Shown: in pieces, positions 33,991-55,333 of the stretch | Layout of the letters: every line of letters starts with the position of its first letter | How positions within the stretch are numbered: the stretch's first letter is position 1 | Origin: Chrysomallon squamiferum | Lineage: Eukaryota; Animalia; Mollusca | Length of the DNA stretch: 64,000 nucleotides | Assembly: GCA_012295275.1 (NCBI GenBank) | Contig: CM022670.1 | Location: 27,218,001-27,282,000 of the forward strand | Direction: 5' to 3' | Position numbers and translations under genes: made by a program | Notes under the pieces: model-generated | What the model was told of the DNA's origin: nothing | What the model saw: the letters and a program-made list of their open reading frames with translations, nothing else | The model's database searches: none

Positions 33991-34705
33991 CAGTGGTACC
34001 TCGACTTACGAGTGCCCCAACTTACGAGTAGTCGCGTGGTCGATTTTTTGCTTTGAATTGCGAGCCAAAATCTGAGTAACGAGCGAGCTTCAGATATGCC
34101 GTCGCTAGTTGGAGCAACGAACAACACAACATCCGTCCAGCATCCCACGTCTCATATGGTTACCCGGCCGTGGAAGCATGTCTGTTGTGTTGTGTTCGCG
34201 TTTTGTGCACTATTTTGCTAAATTTCTTTTTCTTTGACCATGGATCGTAAGAAAGTGAGTGGACAGTGCTGAGAGGAAGCCAATGAGGTCCATTGAATTA
34301 AAGATGAAATCATAGAAAAACATGAGCGAGGTGTGCATGTAGTCGACTAGGCTAGGCAGTACGAGCGTAGTACCATACTGAAGCAGAATGAGTCTGTAAA
34401 GGCTATAACTCCAGCCAATGGCGCTAAAGTAATTTGTCTGATCTCCAAGATAAATACACTTTACAAAACCAATTTATTTCTTTACATTCTCTTTTATTTT
34501 GTTTTTATACAAAATTTGTCATTTATAAATACATTTTTCTTATTTAAAAACACGTTACAAAAACAATGGGATGGTTTTAGGTTGCTGGAATGGCTTAAAG
34601 GTATTTCAATTAATTTCGATTTAAAATATCGATTTGATTTACGAGCAAATTGAGTTACGAGCTTGATCACGGAACGAATTAAACTCGTAAGTCAATGTAC
34701 CACTG
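33991..34705 (+). mobile_element. Internally deleted Tigger/pogo-like (Tc1-mariner superfamily) DNA transposon
   Basis: TIRs CAGTGGTACCTCGACTTACGAGT ... ACTCGTAAGTCAATGTACCACTG, flanked by TA on both sides. A disrupted N-terminal HTH remnant lies at about 34240-34435 (..EIIEKHERGVHVVD*ARQYERS..TILKQNESVKAITPA..). Confidence 0.9.
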
Positions 34706-35677
34706 TACTTTAAGGAAAGAAAGATAAAACTCTTTATGGAAATCATCTTTTTAAAAATCTTTAATCGATATCGAGATGACCTGGTGGTTGGTTATAAGAA
34801 ATTGTCAAGTGAGGAGTGACACTGGCTTTGATATCACGAGTCATGGCGACCTTCGTTGTTACTGCAAAATATGGTCAGCTTGATAACATGATCTGATATA
34901 GGACAATATGCCAGTAACGCGTTTACTAGATCTGAATGCTGGAAAATATATTTTGCTATGCTTGTATATAACGTATTTTAAAGAGTATATAACATGTTCT
35001 GTGTATACTGTATTGAAATAGACTTAGCTTATTTGTAAGACGTAGTTCTTAGTCTGTATGTAACATTTCTGAAACATTTATATCTGAAAATAGTATGATA
35101 TGGTTGGTATATAATACTCAAGGATTGGCCACTATACAATATCAAAAATATAAATAGCTTGACCAACATAAAACATTTTGGAAAACACTGTATAAAGTTT
35201 TTGGAAATGTTTATGATAAAAAAATATATTTTTTTAAAGTAAACTATCTATCCGTAAATTTTAGCAAATAATATTAGATTTGACTAGAATAAATATAACA
35301 TATTGATTGACCAAAATATACACTGTTCGAAATTTGTGTGACTTGGCCTCTGTTTTATTTACAGGAAGAAAAGATAAACCTTGACCTATATATTAATGTA
35401 CTGAAAAATACATTACACATGACTTGTCTATGGAAAAATACTTGTAATAATTTAAAGTTTTAATGTTATAGATTTTTATTTTGCTGTTATTTGTTAATAT
35501 CTAAAGATTACAAGTTTTAAAAGCTGTATCTAACAGTATAAATGCATGTTTAAAATGACACGCGGTGACATGTACTCGAAAGTCATATCGTGAAACGTCA
35601 GATTAATAATTCACATGTCGTTTATTTCTTATCAGACAGCTTTGTACGAACTATCTACAGAAAACAGTTCCTTCTGG

Positions 35678-43140
<7,463 letters not shown>

Positions 43141-44479
43141 CTGAAAATCTTTATCATCTGAACATCTTGGCTGTTTAGTGTACATATTAAAGTTATCTTA
43201 CAAAAAATATGTTTGTCTTTTTATCAGATTTTATGTGTATGTGTCTATTTATCTCTGTTAGTCTGTGCATATAATAATAAAATAAGAGATAAGATACTTC
43301 ATTTTAATAAAGAAGTCTTTGGGCTCTCTCTGGAATGCAAAAATATGGGGAAAAAACGCACAAGTGATTGATACTTTGATCTTATGCAATAATTAAATTC
43401 TGACCCTTTTAACATCAAGAAAAGATAGTATAATATTATTAATATTTATTTTTCTGAATGTGATCAGTAACATACGTAATAACAGAAATCACTTCTTACA
43501 CCAGCTCACTGTCAACACATTTTATCTAGCTCAGTTCTTTTCCACTATGCGTAGGCTTGCATTGATACTTAAAATGATTCACTAAGAAGCTTGTTATTGC
43601 ATACAAATAAACAAGTTAACTTATAATGTATACAGAGATTAAATAAAATTACTGTTGTATTTACACTTAGCAACTAATAATAAAATACATGAATAAAATA
43701 GTTTGATTACAAACCATTCGATTTTCTTTCCTTGATCATCATTTTACATTTGATAATCTTGTAAGTATAATTTTCTTTAAAATTTTATTTCTATATTTAT
43801 TTTTAATATTTAATTTATATTCATTTTTGTGAAGTGATGACTATAACGTATGAAAAAAGTACATCGTGAATATTAATTTGGGTGTGTACTTCAAGAACAT
43901 GAACTTCTGCCTTTAAGATAAACACATTCATTTTTATTGGATTAAAAAAAGGCATGAATAAACATCAAATGATATATCCTGAGGGAAATTTAATGAAGAG
44001 TTCTATCACAAATACTGAAAAAAAAAAAATCGTTTAGTATAATTGACAAACTTTTCTGTTTCTTAAGCCATATTGCATACATACTGCTCACCAACAGATC
44101 AAGACTAATAATAAAAATAAAAACATTTTAATTTGCAACATCAATTTTATTAAGCATCTCACACAACATATGATGAAATAAACAAAAGCAAGCAGTTACT
44201 TATCATATGAAATCAACAACTAAGTAGATAACATATTTGTCACAAAGCAAATTCTTTTTGAAATAAGTGTTTGCATATTACAATTATACCTTACAGCAAT
44301 ACAGTTTTATATAAACACATAACATATATGTATACGAAATTACTACAATTTTTTTTTCTGAAATTAAACTATAAGAAAGTGAGTGTTGATTATTTTCTAA
44401 TCTTCATTTATTGTACATAATCGGTGAACAATGTTTTGATGATTAAATTAATATGTGAAATAACTGAAAAATCAGAAAA

Positions 44480-44760
44480 GAAGGAAAGAGAGACAGAAAG
44501 AGAGAAAGGGTGAGAAAGGGAGAGAATGAGTGAGAAGGATAGAGAAAGAAAAAGAGAAAGAGAGAACGAGAGAAAGGAAGGAGAAAAGGAGGGAATGAGT
44601 GAGTGAGAAGGACAGAGAAAGAAAAAGAGAAAGAGAGAACGAGAGAAAGGATGAGAAAAGGAGGGAATGAGTGAGAAGGATAGAGAAAGAAAAAGAGAAA
44701 GAGAGAACGAGAGAAAGGAAGGAGAAAGGGAGGGAATGAGAGAGCAGGACAGAGAAAGAC
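44480..44760. repeat. Purine-rich ~70-bp minisatellite, about 3 copies
   Basis: GAGTGAGAAGGATAGAGAAAGAAAAAGAGAAAGAGAGAACGAGAGAAAGG.. is repeated. Confidence 0.85.
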
Positions 44761-45010
44761 ATATGTGAGCGCTGCAAGAACATTGACATCACAGCAGATG
44801 TTGTTAAATATTTTATGTGATTTTTATATTAACTTGTTTTTAAAGTTCAAATATAAATATTTTTCTTTTCTATCTTTTATTTTTGTTTTAGAATGTAGCT
44901 ATAAAAAATGATTTTACATTTATATAAATTGATTAATACCTATTTTGATCTATTTTCAGAATCATGATCGTCTAGTTGTGAAAGGATATTAAATTAATCC
45001 ACATTCTTAA

Positions 45011-45043
<33 letters not shown>

Positions 45044-45249
45044 CAAGATATATATAATTTTCAAATATTTAGCTTTTTAACTATTTTCTTTAATGTCATT
45101 ATTTATCAAAGTAAATGTAAGAGGGACTGTGTGAATTATTTGTGTGTGTTACAATACTGAACAGGTGATTTGTTGTCAAATTCTCTAACAGTTTATCTAA
45201 ATGATTGTTGCCTGCAGGTTTCTATGTTGAAGCACCAAAGATTGCAGCC

Positions 45250-45367
45250 AGTGCACATCAACAGCAGCACATGTCAACAGCAGCGCACATCAACAGCAGT
45301 GCACATCAACAGCAGCGCAAGTCAACATCAGCGCACGTCAACATCAGCGCACGTCAAACAGCAGCGC
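45250..45367 (-). repeat. 16-bp tandem repeat (about 7 copies) beginning in the last codons and stop of the distal terminal exon
   Basis: Minus strand GCGCTGCTGTTTGACGT, then GCGCTGATGTTGACGT, GCGCTGATGTTGACTT, GCGCTGCTGTTGATGT and so on. Confidence 0.9.
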
Positions 45368-48300
45368 CTGTGCAAAGCACGTTGCCAACTCTTGCAACGC
45401 CCTCTTCATAATCAGCACCTGCAGGTGAGACAGAAAGCAGTAGAAAACACAGAACGTATAATACACACACTGAATATAAAACATTAGACAGAATGTATAA
45501 TAAATACACGCTGACTATAAAACATTATAGAGAATGTATAATACACACACACTGAATATATAACAGATAGAATGTACGATAAATACACACACACTGAATA
45601 TATAACATTAGACAGGATTGAAAAACATTTCTTATACAAACATAACAGGTACTAAAAGCTGTCAAATATGAAATGTGTTGCAAGAAAGAATACTGTCTTA
45701 AAAAGTCAAAGTGCTGACTGATATAAAATAAATAACTGACAAACACTAGCCAAAGCCAGATAAAAAGTTAACACAGCAGTTAATTATTTGATCATTTAGC
45801 AGAGTCCGTTTTCTTCTCTTGCTGAGATTTTTTTACTTTGGACTTAATCCCCAGCAGAAGAGTTTCCCAATCTGAGCAAACCCAGCTTCATTGAAACCTC
45901 CTTCAACAACAACAAGCATTAATAAGTATTTTCATCTCAGTATTTTACAAGCAGCAACACATGTTTTATCAATTTAATAAGAAAATATTAAAACTATTTC
46001 TAATTACGTTACAAGTGTTTGTGACTGTTTTTAAACTGATGTATGATGTATATAAAGGAATAATTGTTTCAGGACAAAATGAGATTATTTTACAACTGCG
46101 TGTTTTAAATGATTATGAAACAGCTGAAGAGTATAACATGTGAATAGTACCAGTTAATGAAACACGTTTACCTGTGTCTCCAGCTATAAATTTTAAAACA
46201 GGCAAATCATCTTTGTAGGTGAGAAAGCCGGAATCCTCTCTCCAAACGTCATCGTTCATGTCGCAGTTACAGGGCAGAGTGGGGTCAACACAGGAGTTGG
46301 TCATGCCACACCCACACTTGCCTGAGCCAGGAGCTCCTCCCCCAAAGTAATCGGACAAGCCGTTGGTTCTGTTGATCCATCCTGTTGTTATCATGTCCAT
46401 GCCGTCACTGTTTGGATTGTGGATCAGAGCTGCCTTGCACTTCCAGCTGATGAACTGTTTGCACGCTGCCGAGTGGTCAACAACAGCGATCACTGCAGCA
46501 GTTGATATGTTGTATTCTATCTCCAGCTGAAACTCTCCAGCTCCTTCGAAGCCTTGAACCTTTTCTTCTTCCTGTTTATCATGGCCTGAATTAAATACAT
46601 AAAAAAAGTGAATTAGATGCACATGCGGAGCTGTTTATATATTTATATCACTCCCTCTCGAGATGCTTCTCTTCCTTTTTTTTAATGTAAATTTCCCAGT
46701 GTTTTTGAGTGTATATACACAAACATACACACACAAAACACATGGAGAGAGAGACTCTGATGTGAGTTGTATATGCATTTATGTGTGATAAATAACACAC
46801 AAATCTTAAATCTAAAGTATCAAGTTATCACAAACTCTCCATTTTTCAAATCATATTTTGAAAAGATAACTGTTTATATATATTTACATCCAAAATACAT
46901 ACATACAAACATTTCATACATTCATACATATTTACATACATACATACATACACACATACAAACACACACACACACACACACACACAAAAAGTAATGCAGT
47001 TTCATTACTGATACACAATAAAGAAAATTACAGTTTTTAATATTCTTAATAATAATAAAAACATCACTACAGTGGATTTTGCCAGAATGAAGCATGTAAC
47101 CTGTGTTGAAAAGAGATGCTGTACCTATAACAGTGACTCCCTCTCCATTCTCTGACTCCATATCGCAGTACACGAGGAGTGGAGTCTGCAGACCCTCTGG
47201 CTTGCTGAACGGGTCTATGTGTGCCAGTGTGCTCTCTCTCAGACCTTGCTTGCCCCAGTCAGCGCACGTCACAGCTGTAAACACACGCACCAGTAACAAA
47301 TCAAACATGCTTGAAAGTAAACATGTAAACTGTAATTCTGTTAAAAGGATTGGTATGCACTGTGCTGTCTCTGGGAAGGTACAGATAAAAGCTGAATGAT
47401 AAGCAGTACTAAGAATGGCAGGGTTGGGCTTTGTCTTTTAGATATAAACATTATATAAATACATGATTAATTTAAAATTATTAAAGTTATTAATGAAGGA
47501 ATATCCATTGATTTGTCATGTACTGTATTTAAAGATTATTTGTATGATCAGTGTGTCCTATCACACAGAAAATGTCTTTTAATAGCATTATGAAGACATA
47601 AATGAAATAAATATCTGAGAAGTGTCATTCATAATTATATATATATATATAATCATATTTAGAATAAAGGAAGATGTAAATATGAAATAAAACAAGACCA
47701 ACAAACAAATAAATAAATAAATACTGGACAGGAGTAGGTAATACATACACATGTATAGAGGTAGACTGATATAGAGAGAAAGAAACACAACTTTAAAAGA
47801 ATACTTGCCATACGGAGTACATGGAAATGTGTGACAGTCAACAATCTCTTCAGCATCACCAGCGCAGGGGTCAGTCAGATTTCCATATGACGTCATATCA
47901 CATTCACGTTGTCGTTGTCGCTTACCACCAGCACATGTAACAGTGCAGGAGGTCCACGGTTCCCATGGAAACCAATCTCCTGGAACTAAATGACAGAAAA
48001 GAAGAAAAGAAGTTTAATCAAACTTTTTATTTTATTTTCTTGGAAATTTATTATATTATTTTAAATTAAAAAAAGATATATTAATATTAGTTTCAAACTA
48101 TGCAAGAAAAACAATTTTGGAATGAGGTAAAAAATATGTGTGGATGGTAATTTGATTTCCACCTGACATTAAGTTAACAATTTAAATTAGAAAAATGGAC
48201 AAAACTATTTATTATTCAATGTACTGATTGGCAGTTCTGTTTTACAATAAATTTCAAATAAATTTAATTATTTCTATAATTAAAAGAGATTAATGGTTTT

Positions 48301-51300
48301 TGGGGGTGTGTGGGGAAAAATTTATTATTATTTTTCTTTTATCACTGAACAGTAGTGAAATCAAATTATGACAGTTGACTACTATTAAATGAAACTAACT
48401 TAGTATTTGGTGAAAAAAGGACTCAAAATTCTCATTTTGTAAAATTTTATTTGTTATTCTGTGATTTCAGAATCATTAAACTGAATAAATTTCTTATTTG
48501 GACAAGGATTCTTGTTAAGTAAATAAATAAACATGTAAATAAATTTCTTACTTGGACAAGGGTTCTTGTTAAATAAATAAATAAACATGTAAATAAATTT
48601 CTTACTTGGACAAGGGTTCTCGCTACAGACAAGAAATTCTGAAGTTACACCCTCACAGTCCTTGCCCCCATATTTTGGTTTCTCACATTCTCGAGTCCTC
48701 ACCCTTGTTCCACCCCCACAGGTGGTGTTACAGCTCCCCCAGGCAGACCACGAATACCAGACACCGTCAACTGAATTTCAAAAATACTGCAAGCTATAAT
48801 AACTTACACTTCTGATATACATGATGTATAATAGGATGTACACTGTAGTTCTGTTTGGCTGTGTTCATTAATTTCATAATTGTAGTAGAAGTAACAGTAA
48901 CTAGAGTAATGTAGTTTTCTGCATATTGTGAACCTCTGTTTGAAGACTGTTTGCTAATAAACACCATGTTTGGTGAACTTCAATACATTTAGAGATTATG
49001 ATTATGTCTGTGAAATGCATATTAAAAGGTTTAATTGTTTTATATGTAATGGATTACATATACTGAATTTGTAATGCATATATTATTTTCTCAGTGTAAG
49101 TTTTTGTATTATAATTATAATTAATGTGTTTTTCAACTGTAATAATTGTAATAATTTGTTCATTGTACAAGAAGTTTTATCAACTACTAATTTATTGATG
49201 GTTTTGTTTTTGGAAAATATTTGAAAAAAAAATAAAGTATTTATTTTGATCCACAATAAAAAGTCTGAATACAAAAATGAAAACATTAAAGTTAAACTGA
49301 ACATTAAAACAACATGAAAAGCAACAGGAAAAAACATTGATGTTGTGGTGTTAAGAAATGTTATAGTAATAGTAGTGGTAATAATAATATAGTAACAGTA
49401 ATGATAGTAATACAGTAATAGTAGTATTTTAGTTTTAGTAATAGTAATGATAGTAGTTATTTTAGTAATAGTAATGATAGTAATACAGTAAAAGTAGTAG
49501 TAGTTTTAGTAATAGTAATGATAGTAATACTGTAATGGTAGTAGTTATTTTAGTAATAGTAATGATAGTAATACAGTAATAGTAGTAGTTGTTTTAGTAA
49601 TGGTGGTGGTAATATGGTAAAAGTAGTAATTAAAGTAATAAAACAATAATAATAACACTGCTGTTGAAAAAGTAATAATAATAATAATAATAATAGTAGC
49701 AGCTGTTTTTGTATACTAATTATTGTAGTAGTATTAGTAATAATTATAATGGTAGAAGTAGTAAAAGTGATGGTAATAGTAGGAATAGTAATTATAGATG
49801 GTGGTTGTAGTGGTAGTGGTTTTACTAATAATAGTAACAATTAAAATGTAGACATAGAAATAGTCGTGAAAATAATAATAGTAGTAGTAGTAGTAGTAGT
49901 GGTAATAGTAGTAACAGTAGTAGTTATAAAGGGTGTGGTAGTAGTAACAGTCACAGTAGTAACAGAAGTAAATGAGTAACTATAGTAATGTAGTATTCTG
50001 TGTATTTCAAACCTCTGTTTGAAGGCAGTCAGCTAATAAAGAGGATGTTTAAATAATTAATAATTAGTTTAAGATAACACAGACATGTATTTGTTTTCAG
50101 TTTGGATAATGTCTTATAAAGATCAGTTTACAAAAGTGTGTTTCACTGTACATTATTGTCAAACTTTAAATCTGCAGTATGAACATCAAAGACCTGTAGT
50201 AATAACATTAAAATAATAATAATAGTAAAATTCACAACAATAACAATATTAGTAATAACTTAAATACAATTGCATTGAAAATGAAACTACAATTTTATGA
50301 CCACAATGATAATTATATTTACAGCAATAAAAATAATAAATAGCAATAATATTAACATTAACAATAAAAATAGCAGCAATCAATAAATATAATAATAATA
50401 ACAATAATAATAACAACAATAACAGCATTAAAAATAATATTAACAACAAAAAAAGCAGTAGCAATAAATGATGATGATGATGATGATGATGATTACGATG
50501 AAATAAATTATTATGGAAATGCAGCAAGTCTATTATGACTAAAGGCATACAGTGATTGGATGCTTTGTAAAGCTGATTAACCAACCAGGACAGTGCTGTG
50601 TGTTACAGTCCTGTGTCTCCTCTGCAGGTCCTTCACAGTCCTGGCCGCCATATTTGGGCTCTGTACATGTTCTGTTTCGTGATTGGCTGCCACCACCACA
50701 TGTGACTGAACACTCATCCCAGACTGACCAATCACTGTAAACTCCATCAACTGAAACAAAGCTTCACATTTAACACTGTCAATGTCTCTTTATCATTTCT
50801 GATATTAATAAAATATTCAGAATTAGTAAAAAAATAAGATTATGATTATAGATAATTTAAAAGAAAAAAGTTATCTCAAATTAAATAATTGGTTATTTAG
50901 AAGCTATAGATTTCATTAAGTTGATAATCTGTTAGAAAAATAATCACTTGGTGGCTTGAAGAAATACAGTTTCTATACCTTGTTAAAACCAATACAGTAA
51001 ATAAAAATAATAACAACAAAAAAATAACAAACTTGTAGATTCCCATAAAAAAGTTTATATTTAAATGAACTAAAAAATAAAATATTTAAGTGGATTAAAA
51101 TAACAGTTTTATATAACATTTGTATATAGCATGAAAAGCTTTTAATACTAAAATATTCATTTAATTGAATTTTAATGCAAAATAATATAATATTATACAT
51201 ATTTTCTGAAATATAATGTCAAATGTACAACAGTAACACATACCTGTATGTATCACAAAATGAATTATATTATAAAACCTCCAATAATATACATATTTTC

Positions 51301-53509
51301 TGAAGTATAATGTCAGAATTATAACAGTAGTATATACATATAATTAAATGTATTACAAAATGACTAATACAAAATCAGTAATGAATATAACAAATTTACA
51401 CATCTATATTATCACACAGTTAAGTGTAAAACATAACTTTAAACTAGAGAGATATTTGTAAAAACGACTTACCAGGACAAGGCTGACTGTTACAGTCTCT
51501 TGTTTCATTGGCTGGACCTTGGCACGGACGACCTCCGAAGAATGGACCATCGCAGGTTCGGTTGTGCCACTGGGTCCCACCTCCACAGGTAACTGTGCAG
51601 GTGTTCCACGGAGACCAGTCACTGTACTCACCATCGACTGAAAACATTGGATTACACATTTATTTCTATACATGGGAATATATACGCTGTTGTCCCTCAG
51701 TTTCATGGACCACAGACAAAATCTGGAAAAATATATATTTTTTTAACTTGTAAGCATTTCCCACTTGAAGCCTTACCTCTAAGATTGTGACAACCCTCTC
51801 TTGACCCATCAAGGTAAAATTAAATTTTACAACTGCACCCATAACCATCCTGACCTAACAAACTTCACCCAACCTAGCCTGCATTGTTTTCTACTCTACC
51901 TTTTTAATTTATATATTCTGTATGACATTTATTTACGTTATTTCTGTATCTGTATGTTTTCTTACATTATTACATTATTAATGTTTAAATTAGCATTTTC
52001 CCAGACTTTTGAATTTTCTAAAATGGTGCCCCCTATTAGTCCATGAACTTGAGGGTCAACAGGATATATATAAATGTGTGTGTGTGTATATATAGTTAAA
52101 CAAAATAATGATTACAGTACCAGTTTAGTGAATGTATCCAGTTTTCTAAAATTTGGTTAATACACTCTTTTTCTGTTAAGTTCAGATTTTTTGGTCATTA
52201 TTAAATTAATTAGGCATTCATTTACATTATAACTAACTGTTTAAATAATCATGTATTCAAACCAGCACAGTAAACTGTTCTTCAACTGCCATTAATATTT
52301 GATCTTGGATACACTGAATTCATTTTCATTGCTGATAATAAAAATGTATATAGATACCATTAATCTTTCTCAAAGAATCAATGGGTGAAAGATAAAAATA
52401 ATTTAAGTCAAATAAAACAAAAAGATGTCTGAAAGGAACAAACATTGGCAAATTAATTTAAGGAACAAGACAAACAATTAACAGCCCTACAAATAATTAC
52501 TGAAAAAATATTCGAAAATTTGTCGTCAATCTAATACTGTGAGAAAATTTTGGTTCACTGATCAAATCCAGAATAAGTATTTACATACATAACTGATTTC
52601 TCAAAATTTTAAAATTATATTATAAAATATGTATTTTAGAAATGTTTTTACAAGCTATAAATGTATTTTGAACTCAAAAATAAAACGTTTTGTCACTGTT
52701 AATCAGAAAGACCTGTGAACAACATTAATTTATTACTTTCATTAAAGTTAAAAATAAAACCAAAACACATTGATAAAACAAAGCTTCATAACAAATGTAC
52801 TGAAATATAAAATGAATAAAGAAAACTGTATGAAGGTTTGAAAGATGAAATGAAAAAATATATAAAAATATAAGAAAAAACATATAAATAAATAAATAAC
52901 ATATAGATGTGTTAAGAATGACAGAGGCAAGACTCATTTAGAACAACACGGGTGAATGGAACAGAGAGAAAGAAGACAAACACAAGAGATAAGAAACAGA
53001 AAGGCAAGGAGAAAGAAAGATTCAGAGATAGACTGAAAGAGAAAGAGTCAAGTAGAAGGAAAGAATGACTGAAAACAACACAGCTAGAAAGAAATACTGA
53101 GAGAAAACAAGTGTGTTGTTACATACATTCACTAATCAACTATTGACAGATTACCTTCAGTGAATTATATATTCTAATTTACTTTTTTATTACACTTGGT
53201 TGCTGTGTTGACAAGACAGGGATAGCTATACATGGACTAACAAAGCTCAAAAGCAGCAGGGCACAAAGAGTGTACTTGTTTTTGACAATGTACATACAGC
53301 AATAAAGATATACAGCAATTAACTAAAACTTGTAACACTGGCAAATGTATATACAGCACTAATATGCATAGCAATTTATTAAAACTTGTAAAACAATTCA
53401 GCAAAGAATATAAAACAGTTTGACAAATGTATATAGAAGTAAATATATATAGCAATTTGGCAAAACTTATAAAACATCATAGATAAGCATATAAAGCAGT
53501 CTGGCAAAG

Positions 53510-53558
<49 letters not shown>

Positions 53559-55273
53559 CTTTCAGCATCTCTCTATTCATTACAGGCCTATGTTAATACC
53601 AACATATCTCATATGCAAAATAATTTAAGCCAAATACTGATAAAACTGATAAAAATATATCTGAAAGGAACAAACAATGAAAATTAATTTAAAAAACAAG
53701 ACAGATCTATAAACAAAGAGTTAAATAATCAGCAGTTATAAATTTATATAACACAAGCAGCTGATGAAGCACAAATGCCATCACAGACATATTTGTTTGT
53801 ATTTAATCTGTATCACCACTTCAACAAGCTTAAAAGAAAACAAAAACATGATGCCAACAACAAACATACACCAAACAGCAACAGCCTGTGGAAAACAAGC
53901 ATTAGACATAAGCACATATATATATATATACATATATATATCTTTAAAAAAATGTGTGAAAAACATTTATCATTTACTAAAAATTACTTAAATATTTAAT
54001 GTATATGTATGCATAATTATACTTCTCCAACTCTGTCAAAAGCTTGTAATATATTCATGTAAGTTGGTATAATAAATAATATAATTTGGTTTTTCAGTCT
54101 CAACCAAAAGAAATTATGGCATGCAGATGGGCATAAATAAGCATTACTTATAGAAGAGAAGATTTTTTAAATATATATTTCTAAATTCAGAAAATATATG
54201 TAATGTAATATTAATAATAATAATAATAGTAAAGATGATAATGATAAATTTGATAATGATTTTGATAATGATAATGATAATGATAATGACAATGTACATA
54301 TAGAAGTAAAGTGATAATAACAAAGATATACCAGGACAGTTATTTTCATTACAGGATGTTGAATCATTCCGGGCACCCTCACAGTCTGCACCGTTGTAAA
54401 ATGGTCCGATGCAGGTTCGAGTTCGCCATTTGATTCCCCCACCGCAGCTCACACTACACCCACCCCAGTCAGACCAGTCAGTGAAAACACCATCAACTGA
54501 AAACAAAGCCACAAACTGCTGAGGTTTCATGTCTTAAACAGAGTTATTCTTCTGGTAATAAAAGTACTATTTTAAAACATTTAAATAAAATAAAGCTTAA
54601 CAACATATGTAGATACACAGAAGGACATAAACACAGACACAGAAACACATATACACATACACACACACAGAAATACAGACACAGACCTACATAATCCAGA
54701 TCATGCAAAGGAAAGACAACCCTATTACTTCAGAAATTCAGAGATGCCATCATTCTAAATATAACTTCTATGAAGAGTTTAGTTATAAAGAAAACAAATC
54801 AGTCAGTTTAATGTTTAAGCCACACAATGATATTATCTTGCACTCACATTTGCTTATTATTTATATTGACTAACCTGGACAGTTATGAGTACTGCACACT
54901 TGTGTTTCATTCCAAATTCCTTCGCAGTCATTTCCACCATAAAACGGTCCGATACAGGTTCTGTTTCGCCAGCGTATTCCTCCATTGCACGTGACATCAC
55001 ACTCAGTCCACAGGGACCATTCGTTGAAATAGCCATCAACTGTGAAGATGCAGTTTGCAATAAAAACTCAGTTCTTTCCATTAACTCAGCTAATAAAGTC
55101 AGAGTCTCTTTACACAAAGTTGTTTATGTCATCATAACATTATGGTCTTGGTAACAAGCTTATTTGTCTGGTGAGTTAGGTATATATATATATGCAATCC
55201 ATAGGCAGCTTTAGAGCAATTTTTTTTTTTTTTTTTTTTTTTTTTAATGTTGTATTATAATTTATCATATTTT

Positions 55274-55333
<60 letters not shown>

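Noticed and set aside
45170-45487. Plus-strand Gln/Ser/His-rich ORFs with apparent acceptor (45217) and donor (45424)
   Set aside because: Antisense to the distal last exon and its 16-bp repeat. The splice-like signals come from the self-complementary CACCTGCAGGTG/CTGCAG.
51775-51862. Possible third TSP1 pseudo-exon (CAG|GATGGTTATGG..AG|GTAAGG on minus strand)
   Set aside because: Too short, and lacks recognisable Trp/Cys spacing; cannot be supported.
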